Below, one piece after another: positions 24,336 to 39,300 of a stretch of DNA of 64,000 nt. Origin of the DNA: Octopus vulgaris (taxonomy: Eukaryota); NCBI GenBank assembly GCA_951406725.2, contig OX597824.1:95108001-95172000 (forward strand), read 5' to 3'. A program made the position numbers and the translations under genes. Positions within the stretch are counted from its first letter, which is position 1; each line of letters starts with the position of its first letter. Below the pieces are notes generated by a model that worked only from the letters and a program-made list of their open reading frames with translations, was not told the DNA's origin and searched no databases.

Positions 24336-27300
24336 GAGGCCTATTGAGTCAAGTACATCAACATCAAAAAAATCAAATGGAAATTGTAGTTGTGATACCT
24401 GTGACGGTGGCACATAAAAAGCACCACCCGTACGTGGCTGATGCCAGTGCCGCCTTGACTGGCTTCCGTGCCCGTGGCACGTAAAAAGCACCCACTACAC
24501 TCACGGAGTGGTTGGCGTTAGGAAGGGCATCCAGCCGTAGAAACATTGCCAGATCAAACTGGGCCTGGTGCAGCCTCCTGGCTTCCCAGACCCCGGTCAA
24601 ACCGTCCAACCCATGCTAGCATGGAAAGCGGATGTTAAACAATGATGATGATGATGATGATATATATATCAGTAGGAAATGAATCCTGTGATGGCGCGGT
24701 GTCCCGTCCAGGTGGGGAATTTCTACACCACTGAAAACGGGAAACCGGCCCTTATAAGCCTGGTATGGCTTGAGAAGGAACATTTAGTGGAGGCACATGG
24801 TCTAGTGGTTAGAGCAGCGAACTCGCGGTTGAGGAATCGCAGGTTCGAATCTCAGACCGGGCGATGTGTGTGTTTATGAGCGAAACATCTAAACTCCACG
24901 CGGCTCCTGCAGAAGGTAATGGCAAACTTCTACTGACTCTTTCGCCACAACTTTCTCTCACTCTTTCCTCTTGCAGCTCACCTGTGACGGATTGGCGGCC
25001 CATCCAGGTGGGGAACCTATACACCAAGGAAACTGGGAAACCGGCCCTTATGAGCCAAGCATGGCTTGAGAAGGAACAAACAGAACATGAAATGAATAAC
25101 GGAAATGCAAGTTAACATCATTAACGCCATCGTTATTGTTTAATGACTGTTTTCCAAAGCTAGAATGGACTGGGTGGTTTGACAGAAGTCAAGGAGCCAG
25201 TGGACTGTGGCAAATTCCAATGTCTGCTTTGGCATGATTTCTATAGCGGGATGCCCTTAATAATGCCAAACACTTGACAGTATATACCCAGGTGCTTCTT
25301 ACTTGGCATCAGAACTACTGAGGTTATTAAGTGACTTGCAAGACAAGATCCCTTGACTGAAGTTAGGTGTTGTAGTGAGGGAAGGGGCTTTGTGCCAAGT
25401 GATGAGAGGTTAAGGTGGGAGAGAGAGAAACAGGTGTCTTGCAGCAGAAGAAATACCTGACTAGTCTTTTTGGAGAAGGGAAGATGATGATGATGATGAT
25501 GGATATATGAAAAAGAAAGATTCAGTGCTGCACAGAAGCATTTCCCCAAGGCGCCATGCAATAGAACTGAACCTAAGATCACATGGTTGAGAAGCCAGGT
25601 TCTTAACCACCCAGCCATGCCTGTAACCTAAAACTTTCCAATACGCAATTTGTGAAGAAGTAAAAATCCACAAATCAGTGAAGAAAAGAAATTAAAAGTA
25701 TTGTGGGAAGAATGTATGAAGAGAGATGACACGAAATGGTTGATGCAGCAGCCAAACAAATTTTGGGGTAGGAAAACTAAAGAAGTTGTGGTCGACATTT
25801 GGAGGGGGGAGAGGGTGGGGGTAAAGCCTGAGCAAGAGGCTTTTCTCCACTAATACAAGATAGGGAGTTTGAATAGAAGTCAAAATGGTGCTAATGAATC
25901 GAGGTAAATACTCGTTATTAGTTTAAAGCACATACATACCTGATATAATCTTTATTTCCTACAGTTAGCATTGTCAGCAAATTTTCTGTCTGCGATAAAC
26001 TTTTCTGAAAGTTTATAAAATATACACAATTGATAAATATTTAATGAAGTAAAGAAAATGTACAAAGAAGGGCCCTCAAAAAGAGCCTATATATGACCCT
26101 TGGTGGTCCTTACAAGATTTTGTCATTAAGATTTATCTGCCATAAATAGGTTATACTTCTACAATACACAAAATATTTTTGTAATCTTTTTAATATAATT
26201 CTTCATAATATTTAATTATAAAAATATAATAGAATTTTTAAAGTACTGAATGGCTACAAGGGGATAGGAATCAAAGGGGCTTACAGATAAAAAGTGGCTG
26301 AGAAGGATTCACTCAAATGAATAACAATACTGATTCAAAAGACATTTTAATTTCATTAACGACAAGGGCTGATGAGATGGGACTAATTTATATCAAACAA
26401 TTCAACACTTCAAAGCATGTTAGCCAGACATTTTTTTTTAAAGGCAGAAAAGTTTTAATAAAAACTGTCAACTCCAATGAAAGTTGATTAAAGAAATAAT
26501 CTTAATTTATGACAGTTTTGTTGAGGCTGGAAATTGTTTCAAGAAATGAATTATAATTAAATTAAATTAAGTTAACCCTTTCGTTACTGTATTTATTTTG
26601 AGATGCTCTGAGTTTCTTTCAATTGATTTTAAATATAACCAAGAATTTAGTAAAATAACTTAGTTATCCATTAAGCTAGTGTTAGGAACATAAATTATGA
26701 CAAAGGTTTGGTGGGAGATTTTTATTCAAAACTTATGAAAACAAGACATTTGCACTTTCATTTACTTGTTTCAGTCATTTGACTGCGGCCATGCCGGAGC
26801 ACCGCCTTGAAGAGTTTTAGTCCAACAAATGAACCTCAGGACTTATGTTTTAAAGCCTAGTACTTATTCTATCTGACCATTTTGCCGATTTGTTAAATCA
26901 TGGGGACGTAAACACGCCAACACCAGTTGTCAAGCCATGATTGGGGGGGGGGGACACAAAAAAGACACACATACACATGACGGGCTTCTTTCAGTTTCTG
27001 TCTACCATATCCACTCACAAGGCCCAGGGTTATAGTAGAAGACACTTGCCCCAAGTTCCACACAGTGGGACTGAACCTGGTACTATGTGGTTGGGAAGCA
27101 AGCCTCTTACCACACAGCCATGTCTGCACTTATATGTGGAGAATTCAAGAAAATACCCCATATCTCAAGGGCACATGTATGGAACAAAGTATACACAATT
27201 TCCTAGCAGTTAGGGTTTTAAAAAAAGGCATATACGAGGTGTAGTCAAAAAGTATCCAACCTTTGACCAAAAATCAATATTTAAAAAACCTCACCAATTT

Positions 27301-30300
27301 GATTTAGTTTCCTTCAAAGTATTCACCTTGGGAGTCTTCACACTTCTGCCAGCATTCCTGCTACTGCTGGAATCATTTCGGGAAATCACTTTTTGGGATG
27401 CTGTAGAGCTGTGCCATCAAATTTTGCTTAATGTCCTCTGTTGACTATGAGAATAACCAAAAGTCATACAGAGCCAAGTATAGGGAGTAGGAAGCCTAAC
27501 AACCAAGTGTTGCGTTTTGCTTGGCGAGGACTGCTTGGACAACATGGGCGCATTGTTAAGGTGGAGTTGCCAGTTCTTTGCTGCTTACAGGTTGGGTCGT
27601 TTTCACTGCACAACTTTATGAAGGCGACAAAGAACCCCCAGGTAGTATTCTTTGTTAATTGTCTGACCTTGTGGTGCATATCCACTTTGCACAACACCTC
27701 TGTAGTGAATAAAACAGATCATCATCAGTTTAACATCTCTGCACACCTGTCTTGCTTCCTTTGGGATAATTGTGACTTTGTTTCAGGGTCATAGCCGTAC
27801 ACCTGTGTCTCATTGGCAGTGGTGACAGCAGTCGTGAAGTCTTGATCTTGGTTAGCACACTCCTGCATGTCCTAGAAGATTTACTTTCCATTTTCTTTGG
27901 TCAGAATTTAGCTGACACCCTCCTCATGCACAAAACTTCTTTTATAACTGACTGAACCCATTGGTTGATTCCAACTTTGGTAACAATCTCCTCAATAGTC
28001 ACACACGGTTCTTCATAGACTATTCCTTGAACCTTTGCAATCATTTCATTGTTTCTGCTAGACGATTGTCTGCCACAACATGGCTCACTGTCCACTGAGG
28101 TGCACCCGTCTTTCAACTGGTTGTACCACTCCTTTATTTGTGTTTTTCTCATAACATCATCTCCAAAGGTCTCCTGAATCTTCTTGATAGCCTGGGCTTG
28201 TGTATCACCAAGGTTTTCGAAGAATTTGATACAATACCTTTGCTCAATGCGCTTATCGCACAGCACACTCTTCACGTCTGTATTCAATGTGTCACTGTGG
28301 ATGAATGGCACAGCCTATAGACATGAAAATTTTGCGCCAGCTCAGGAAGGACATAGTCACCTAAAACCCATACGGATTTTGCTTACGCATTATTATTTCA
28401 TGCAAAAAAAAATCAAGGTCGGATACTTTTTGACTACTTTTTGACCAAGCAAAAATAAGAAACGAGAGAGAGAAATAGAGTACCTGATTTTGACTGGTAA
28501 TGGTGACTGTGCTACAATTGATGAGAGGTGTGCAGGTGATGCTGCAGTTGATGATGGGGTGTTTCTGGGTGATAATAATACAGGCTCCGTTTCTTTACAA
28601 CTAGTACATTCCCACCGACCTGTTGGAATTGCTTTAAGGCCCACACAAAATGTGTGATAGCCTCTGTCACATCTGTCACAGAACATCATTTTATCCTAGA
28701 AGAAAATAATAAAGGAATAATAATAATAATAATAATAATGACAATAACAATAATAATGGCTTCAAATTTTGGCACAAGGCCAGCAATTTTAAGAGAAGGG
28801 GTAAGTCAAGTACATCGACCCCAGTACTTGACTGGTAATTATTTTATCGACTCTGAAAGGATGAAAGGCAAAGTTTACCTTGGTGATATTTGAATTCAAT
28901 TGATGATAATAACAACAACAACAACAATAATAATAAATGAAATTTGAATTAATCAAAAGAACATCATCCACTCAAATCCTACGAAGCAGATTATAGCGTA
29001 GTACCCTAGATTAGCACTAGAACCCAAAATAAATAAAAGTATTATTAATAGATCTTGTAATTAATATACATAATAATAACAGTAATTTCTCCAAGATGAA
29101 ATAAGAATCAAGGTTTGTACTGAATTCTCAAAGAACTAAGCTAGAAATTAACTTTAGGTGATACATTTAAGCATTTAAAAGCAAGATGTCTAAATGAACT
29201 GAACTCAAGCAGACACCTGAATTCAGATAGGATGTCTACCTTTAATAACACAGAGCTCATGAGCTAAAGAGAAAGCCACTACATGGTTGCTTGATCTGCT
29301 AGAAATAGAAACCAGATCTCCCTCAGATCACATCACATTTTACTGTCTTTAAAAAACAGGACACATTGAATAACATGGTCCTGTGTTCCTTGCACACAAG
29401 TAAAAGACATGATGGTCAAGGCCGGAATGTCTTTGATCATAGGCCTGCTCAAATGAGTTGGTCTAGGACTCAGCAACAACAACAGTGTTTTACAGCTGGA
29501 CTGTCCTGAGCTTATTGATGTTCTAACCACACAACTTCAGTCAGACCAAACAGTTCCTAGTTGACAGAATCCGTCCCATGCACACACACAAACTTGCACT
29601 GCGGTTAATTGTTGTTAGATATATCAATTCAAAAGAAAGAAGCATGCATCAACAATGTATATACATATATGTACATGTGTCTGTGCTTATGTATAGAAGT
29701 TGTTTAAAAGAAACTGCTACAATGAACATGGAGCTACAAATGTTTCCTTATATATTAATAAAAGAAAGTGGACAGTCACTGCTTTCTGGCAGTTAAGTTT
29801 ATTTTAATTAAAATCTAAATAATTAGTATTTATAATACTGCTTTATACATTACTCACGGTTTCATGTAAACATTTATTTTCTTCTTGTTTTACATTCATT
29901 GTTTCTTAAAAAGAGATACTTTCCTATCCTTGTCTCACGCACACACACAAACACAGTAAGTAACAGATCTCTCTGCTATGTAAATACAGTGTATAAAGAT
30001 GTTATAATAGAGCTGCTACTGCTGTTAAATAATCCAAAATTGCAATTTAGAAGAATCCTGCAAATGGTGTTTCAATTCCTTATTTGATTTCAATGACCAA
30101 AATCTAGCAGTGTCAGATCCAAAGAAGACAAAAGTGTAATAATCAATCATTCCAAATTTTGCTTTTATCAGACTAGGATTAGGCCGATATCCGTATCATA
30201 TTAACAAATGATATTTCTGAAGTCAACTGATTAACAGAGCAACAAAAACATACTTTCTGCAATAAACCTACTGTTTGAAATAGAAGACATAATGGAAATT

Positions 30301-33300
30301 GCTTTGCCTAATTCGTAATTAATCACAACCAGTTCCCCCTGACTAAAACATATTTCATCACAGTGATAACTGATAGTTTGGAGGGCTCAGTCAATGGTTG
30401 TTGGTGGTGGTGGTGTGTGCCCTTAAACCAGCTCTATGCTGTGTCCATAGCTAATGCAGTTACATTTCAATGGCCCAGTTCATCTCTGAAGCAGTGTGGT
30501 ACTGTAATTTATTAGTTTGCAATTTGAAGTTCGACTTCTGTCAAAGATCTATCCCTAATAACCCTAAAGTCTATTCAGAGGGGTCGAGGGGGTGGGGGGA
30601 TTTCATCAAATAATACTACAGATTTTTATAGTGTGAAAATGATTTATTAGCTAACAATTGCCAAAAAACATTGGAAAGCTTATTAACAATGTGTGAATTT
30701 AATTTTCACCATAATTGCAACAGTTTATTTGATCACCCCCATCTCATGTACACAAAAGGATGAAATGACGAACAGACTTTAGTCAGGAGTTCCTAAATTA
30801 AAAGGTCAGGAATATTAACTGACCAAAGACAACAGTCAAGAAATATCTGATCGCAAGTTAGCTGCTTCTACATCACTTCTGTAGTTAGTGAACATCTTTA
30901 ACTCTGACTTAACTCCCTACAGTAAGATACCTGACCGGTTCTTGCCTCTTGACACCTGGCCTCAATACCAACTCCCCACTAAGTTGAGAGGTCTTGTCTT
31001 GCTAGTTTCTTGGTGACTTCCTTAGTACCAGTGCCATGTGCAAAACACCCAGCGCACCCTGGAAAGTGGTTGGTGTTAGGAAGAGCATCTAACCAGAGAA
31101 ACCATGCCAAAAGTAAATATTAGAATTGGGTGTAATGGTCTGGCTCACCAGTTCCTGTTAAAACAGCCAAGTCATGTAAGCACAGACATTAAATGATGAT
31201 GATGATTATGATGGTGACAAGTCAACAAATTCATGTTTATGTTGAAATAAATTTAACACAATACAATACAGACAGTAGACTCTTGCTTCTTTAACTATGT
31301 GCACAAAATAATTCTCATACTAATCGCATCTTTTGTAAGACTAATAACACACCGATTGTACATTAGCGTATCTGCAAGAAAATGAAAATAAGTTGCATAC
31401 TGAGAGAAACACACTTATATATATATACGCACATATTAAGCAGGACTTTGGTCACTTAAGAGATATCAAAGCTAAACCGTATCTATCTGTATGCATACAC
31501 GCATCCAAAACTTTACTGACTTAATGAGTCAACACAATATACAGACTAACAGCTGAATATACAGACTTTGCTAACAAATGTCAGGACAGCAAAATAAACT
31601 TCTTTTTATTCTGTGGTTACACATATGTTTTTTTGAAAACAGAATATGGTGATAGATTTAAAATGAAGATACTTGTACTATTTCTAAGCTCTACAGTTAT
31701 AAACCATTTTAGGACATACAAATACATTACATCAATCACATCGATTTTATATCATTGTTGCACATTTCTTTTTGTGTTTTGCACAGACTGAATATTAAAA
31801 TGAATCATGCAGATTTTAAACTCTAGATGAGTCACATGTCAAACAGGTTTAATAATAAACTAGTGGCCAGTAGCATTATAGGTGATACATTCAATAGTAA
31901 ATAATTATAGGGCAACCTATTTTTGTTAGTAAACAGATAATGTGGGGTAAATGACAAAACTAGCTGATCAAAAAGTGAAGCCGACCCCCAGTTTTATTTA
32001 ATTGGATATGATATAGTGTTAGTAGTGAACTATCTAGCTGCAACATCACAGAAAATATTCAAAGGAGATTTTAACAAAAAAAAAAAAAAGACAAAAAAAC
32101 ATTTTATTTGAAGGAATGTATGGTTCACAATGCTTGGTGGGTGCAAATTAGAAGAACATAGTTAAAATGGTGCAAGAAACCAGATAGATTCCAAGACTAA
32201 TGCAAGACACTTCAAATTTAAAAAAAAATATATATAAATAAATAAAAAGCAAAAAAGGAATTAGTTATTGTGGAATGTGCTGAAAACAAAAAGCAAATTT
32301 CAACTTTTTTTTGCCAGCAGAAATCAACAGGCTTGTGGTGAATTCTATTACGACTGTTTAAATATTTTTCTTTGTAAATATGGATTTTGTCAGCCAGTTC
32401 CATGGAATATCAAGGTGTCTTAGGAATAATTTAACCTGAATATTGAAAACATGCTTTCTTCATCTACTGTCAATTTGAAGTTTTTACTATTGTTGATAGT
32501 AATGCTTTTTTTACAAACACAGCAGAAGGCATGTCAATGTGTTCAAAGCAGCACTATTGAAAAGCTGAAAATATTTTTGCCTATAAGATTATAATTTAGG
32601 TGATGCTTTTAACATTTGATTTATGTCAAATGTAGGCTTAAAACCATTAAGCTTGATAAATTTAATCAATCTCGTTTTATGTGTGTGTGTGTCTCACCCT
32701 CACCCCACCCACTGTGATGGAGCCACAAGAGTGCTACCATGTCTTTGGAATTTTAAATTTGATAGCGCCCATCCATCGCCAGGTCTGGTCGTAGCAGATT
32801 TCTCCCAAGCAGAAAGCAAGAGCAAGAGAAAGACAGAAAGAAGAAAAGTATTGACCCTCTCGTACCAGACTGGTGCTTTAGTCATTGACCCCGAAAGGAG
32901 AAGAGGCAATGTTGACCTGGCTGGGATTTTAGGGTGCAGAAAGCCAGAACAAATACTGCAAGCCATTACTATTCAACATTCCAAGTGTGCCAATTTCCAA
33001 CCTATATACACATGTACATATATTTGCATAAAGTCACACACACACACATGCACAAATAATATTTTCCTTAAAATGCAAAAGATGAAAATATTGAAATATT
33101 GAAATCAAACTTTCACAGCTTCTCTCAATTCAATAATTCTTTTGGACACGTACGAAGTCTCCTTTTCTTTTTAATCTTTCATTTTGATGCATAAATTTTC
33201 CACTGTACAATGGAACATTTTCCTTTCATTATGTATGCAATTGCACCTTTTCCTTTCCTTTTGACTGACACAAGGCCACACAGTGCAATGTACTTGTACA

Positions 33301-36300
33301 AATGTTACTGTTGTTTATTTTACCATCCATCATCCCAGGACAGATAAAATAGGAAGTACACCCTTAAGAGATTTGAACTCAGTGTACAGGAAAAAAAACC
33401 TAAATGCTGGACAGTATTTAGTCTGATACTATGGTGTTTCTCTCAAGGCAATGTCGATTCTTATATAATTGACCACTACAGTTGATAAGCCGAGTAAACA
33501 TCCGGAAAGATGTAGTGAAGAAATTTCAGTGGAAAAAAACAAAAGTTCATGCAAGTAACCTCAATAATCTGTATCAAATTATACAATACAAACAAGATGC
33601 AAAAAATTAGTCATGTCTTTAATTATTAAGAGATATATTAGAAAAATATTAGTTTGGTTAAGCTTATTCAAGCATTTTAGTATGGCTGGTTAATAAAAAG
33701 AAGAACATTAGTTCATTAAGAAAGAAAATATAATTAAGATGCAAAGCAATTAGGTTACCGAGCAAACCCTCACGGAATGTTATTTGAAGAAAGAAACTTG
33801 ATTAAACCAAGTCAAATTAATATCAATTCAAGCAGTTGGATGCTTAAATTCTTTGGAAAATATTTCAAAATTGGATAAATAGAGTCTATTTTTGTTGCCT
33901 TCAAACAAGAAAGTAGACACAAAGAGAAATTTATATTAATCCTTTCAGTAAGAATGGAAATGAATGTAGAAAAAAATAACCAAAATATATGAGTTGCTCA
34001 ACTGAAAAGTATAGGAGACAATTTGAGGTTGGCCTTAGAAGAACTTTGAAACTACATTACTCTTTTGATATGTTACCAGGAAATTGAAGATAAAATGAAG
34101 CTTGAGATATTCAAGAAAGAAATAGGATGTTGTGATTTATTTTTTGAGTCACTCACTAAATGGATGCAGGCGTGGCTGTGCGGTTAAGAAGCTTGATTTG
34201 CAAGTATTTAGTTCTGGGTTCAGTCTCATTGTGTGGCACCTTGGGGGCAAGTGTCTCTCGCTACAACCAATGTTCTGTGAGTGAATATGGTAGGTGGAAA
34301 CTGTGATGAAGCCTATTGCATGTGTGTGTTTGTCACCCACCCCACTCACCACCACTGCCCAACAACCTGTGCTGGTTTATTTACATCCCCATAACTTAGT
34401 TCTACAAAAGGGGCCAACAGAGTAAGTGTCAAAAAAACAAAAACAACTTCTTAAGTACTGGGGTTGATTTGTTTGAATAAATCTTTCAAAGCAGTGCCCC
34501 AGCATGGCCACAGTCAAATGACTGAAACCAGGAAGAGATAAATAATTCAAATAAAATGTATTAAAACTGATCATCATCATTTAATGTCCGTTTCCTTGAC
34601 TGGCACGGGTCCAAGAAACATTAGACATCATTAATATTTCTAAAAATATGAAATCCTATTGGATAAACTATTAGCATGCTGGGGAAAATGCTTGGCAGGA
34701 TTTCTTCCAGCTCTTTACTTTCTGGGTTCAAATTCTGCTGAGATTGATTTCCCCTTTCATCCTTTCAGAGTCAATAAAATAAAAGTACCAATTCAGTACT
34801 ATGATCAATATTATTTCACTTATCCATTTCCACTTAAATTGCTAGCCTTGTACCAAAATTCCATTCCATTATAATGAATGACTATAGGTAGGTTTTTAAA
34901 AAAAAAAAATGAAAATTAAAGAATGATAATCCTCAATTTCATTCTTCAACTTCTTACCCTTTCGTTACCAACCCGGCTGAAACTGGCTCTGAGTACAAAT
35001 GCCTTGTTTTCATAAGTTTTCAATTAAAATCTTCCACCAAACCTTAGTCACAATTTATGTTCCTAACACCAGCTTAATGACAACAAAGTTATTTTACTAA
35101 ATTATTTGTTATATTTGAAATAATTGAAAGAAACACAGAGCAACGAAAGGGCTAAATAATTTGGATATCACGGAGGAAACATTGTCAAACTTCAAAATAT
35201 GGCAGCTTCCTTGCTGATTCCAGATCAAAAGGTAGAGTCGAATATCTTACTTAAGGCCACAACACAATAATATATTGATTACTGAAATTCAGAGGTGTAA
35301 TCTTGTCCACTGCTTTCATTTTCTTAACATGCTGTTTGTTCTTCTACGAAAACCAATTTCATAAAGTTTCACTGCAGTTTCCTCAGATTCTCTAACCTTT
35401 TCAAGTTTCCGTTGAAAACAATGATCAAATTTACAAGTAACTTTATGTTGCAGTCAGTTTGAAGAACACTCGTGTGAACTCATTGTGTCACTAAGTAGCT
35501 TCCTGCGTTTCTGGTTAAAACACTTAAGCATACCACATTAACATAATGTATTTACAGCCCAGGAACATTTCTTTCTACTCCTTGTAATTCACAACATAAT
35601 CTAAGTCCTGAGTTTTTGTCCCGTGTACTCCAGCAATTTCCACAAACTAGACCGATGCTTTTATAAATATTATTTCCCAGAACATTTTAAGTGGTACCAT
35701 ATGTATTTGTGGTATTTCCCTGATATTATAGCTAAACACAATAATACACAGTCAGGACATGGAAAATTTAGTTGAGTCTCTCTCCATCAACTTGATATTG
35801 AATCTAAGATATATAACACCATACTCATTCTGTGTACCAATATTAATAAGTTTAACCCCCGCTGATCCTAAATATGGCCAGTCTGATATACAAATTGAAA
35901 CAACCCAGAGTAATACTTGATTGCAAATCATGTGTGTGTGTGTGTGTGTGTGTGCATGCATGTATGCCCATGTACGCATGCTCATGTGCAAGTATGTGAA
36001 TACATCAAAAGAGTAGTGCAGTTAGTCAATCAAGATTGCACAACAATGGGAGCAGATCAGTACGATACTGTCTTAAAAAAGAAATGTTTCATTTATCATA
36101 AAATGAAATAAAATACATTTCTTAGTTTCCTGTGAAATAAAGACCTGACTAAATTAGTATAAAAACAACCTTCAGATAACAATTTCGAAAAGTTACAAAA
36201 ATAAAATAAAATTTTTAAAATATTAATTAAAAAAAATTGAGAGATGAAGGTAGGTGCTGATCATATTGAGATACTTCACCAAACTAGAGAAGGAAACCTC

Positions 36301-39300
36301 AACATTATTATACAAAAGTTTAACTGCTTTAACGATATACAATTAGCATAAGTGAATCTCTATAGAAGCCAGCGAAAGACTCGAAGCCACGAAAATATGA
36401 TTTGAGAATGAGAAGAAATTCCACACCATTGTTGACAAGTGGAAGAACTACAATATCAAATGATAGAAGCTTGAGTGGGACTAGGTTTCTGTTTGAACAC
36501 ATTTTAAAGACAGTGGAACTAACTGGATGAGAACTAGAGGAGACTCACAAAGCAACGAAGCCTCTTAAACAGTGACGTTAGACTGACCAAGGTTTCAGCT
36601 TTCTACGTTTAAAGCCAACAAAGGACTAAGGAATAATTGCAATGTACAAATGCTGGGTGCTGACCATATAGTGCATAGTGGGAGAACTATCTGATAGTAG
36701 AGGATCTACCCTGTGAAGCCAGGGCATACAATAGAACACCTACCTCATCATAAGGATCCATACATTGAACACATGTCTTGCACTCCATGCACTGCCAGGG
36801 ATAATTCTTGATAATAGACACCATTGCTTTGGTCAAATCCAAGCAAGCGGGGTGACCTGCAGAGGGCAATAAAACATGCACAAAACTCAAATCAACAAAA
36901 TTGAATGGACAGATATTTACAAGCAAATTATAGTGATACACGAGAGAGGTTTCAAAGATGCCAGCAGGAGATAGTAGTTAGCAAAAGTCTATTAGCATTT
37001 CAGCCATCTTGCCTAGAGGAAAGTGCAAGAGAAATTAAAATCTGCCATGCAATAAGATATGCAGAGGTTACAAAATCTGAGTTAGTACCGTAGTTATATG
37101 CGAGTAACAGGTGGCTAAATAAAATAAATTACCCACACTAAAAGCAGATTTAGACTAATGCAGTAGGCAATATAAAAACAAAAGTTACCAAATATATACA
37201 ATATTCACGTCATCCTTACATTTGTTAATTTGGAGATGCCATCAGTTTTAGTATATACACCGATTTCTAAAAAGTTTACAGAAAACAGGAGGAACAGTTT
37301 AACATATAATTTTCATTTAGATTTTAGATAATATGTTTAGACAACCTTTGATGAAATTTAATCTGACATCAACTTGTTTTATTTCTTCCAAATCTTTGAT
37401 AAATCAACATATAAATGACAGTTTCTTTTTCTTTTTTCTTTTATTACTAATAGATAAATCTTTGAAGGAAACATGAGAGAAAAAAAAAATATATATGAAA
37501 TAAAAAGACTTTTTGCTTCCATCTTATTACAATTCAAGTAAACTTTGGTGGAAACTTAGGAGAATTTAAAGACTAACAGCCATCACAATACATAGACTTA
37601 GTTGATCACTTCATACCTCCTACATAGCTATTTCCAGTTGAAACCACCTCATTATCAGCAACTATTTTTTAAATATAGATTAACAATTGGATTTACCCTG
37701 ATTCCTGTTGCTACTGGTTAATAAGACTGTTTCAGAATTTGAAGCCATAGGACTGTGGTTAGGAATTACTATGAAGAGAATAGAGCTCATTCTCAGTGGA
37801 AGAACACAGCCAGTGAATTTGCAGAAGTCAACTAGCTGCAGGAAAATTTAACACTATCACCAACCCTGAGCAATGGAGTGTGCTAGATGTCTTGCACAAC
37901 TGAATATAGTGTTAGAGGGTCTTTGAGTTAAAGCCAATTCTCAATATGATACTCAAGTACGTGAGTATATTTTCAAATTTTGTGACAGAAGCAGCTCAGT
38001 AACATAAACATTACCAATATTGCATACTTAATGCATGTTTCGTAAATATTTACAGCTGTGATATTTCATCTAAGGGAGGCCCCCTTAAAGATGTCTAGTG
38101 TTAAAAGGCACAGTATATTTCAAAGCTAGGCAAAACAAAACTGCTCCAGAAGTGAATAAGAATGACATGTATCAATATTTTGCAGTATTTTCCACTGACT
38201 AGTGTCAAACTCACCTCACTTTTGAAGTGAATTCAAATTGCCAACTAGAAGTATACACAGATAATGTAAAATCTATCTACTGATGTGAAAAAGCATCACA
38301 AGGAGAATAAAATTCTAATTTTGTGTTCAAAGCAGCTCAATAATGTAAACATTAACAAACACACATACTTAATGCTTGTAGCTGTATTCATGTGTTTTCT
38401 TATCTATATATTTAAGAATAAAGCAGACATTCTAATATCTACTACAAAATATCCTCCAATGTACAAAAACCATCTCTTTGTTCTGTGTTATCTTATGCAA
38501 TTATCAAAACTTGATTCAATAATATAACAAATAACAACATTTAAATATTTCTTAAAAGCAGGCCTAGCCCTAAAACAAAACCAAATAAACATTAAAATTT
38601 ATCATGTTTGCTTTTAAAAGTTTCCAATGAAAAATTATGGTAGAGCATAATTGCTTTCAATGGGTTTGCATGCAGGCAGAAATATTAAGAAAGGCTCTTG
38701 ATAGTTGGTGCTCTTAAAAAGGTTAACCTATAGAAAGTGTTTTGCTGCTACTGATAATTTATCTTAGCTGAACAATATGAAATCTACAAGCAAAAAGAAA
38801 CAGAATGTATACAGATAATAGCTGGGAACATAAAAACCTTGCTATGGTATTTGATATATGCATGTGGGTGAGCATGTGTGTGTGTGTATTTATATGCCTG
38901 TATTTGTCAGTGCCCAAAGTTGCAATTAGAATTGGAAGGAAACACTGTCTCAGAGACATTAAAATGAATTAGTTTGCCAATACATATTGAGAGAGATAAT
39001 CTAGGAAGAACATTATGCTGTGTAATACAATGAAATGTTCTAAACTCTGAAATATTACCAAACTGGTTTCCTTTAAATGGATAGACATGGCCAACAGAAA
39101 TTCACTCCTCATTTTAAAGTAATGACCAATTTTGAAACTAAACACCAAATTTGTAATGCTACAATTATGAAGCTGGTGGTGTCCAACAGCCAATCTTCAT
39201 TTTGAAAGTCTTTCAGATAATTTCTGAACTCTAATAATAAATAAATGACGATTATACTGGTTACAAATATAACTGTGAAATATTTTCGTTTTAAGCATGA

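Noticed and set aside
24788-24862. tRNA gene
   Set aside because: A/B boxes are present, but there is no proper acceptor stem and it continues into a SINE body. The same applies to other tRNA-like heads.
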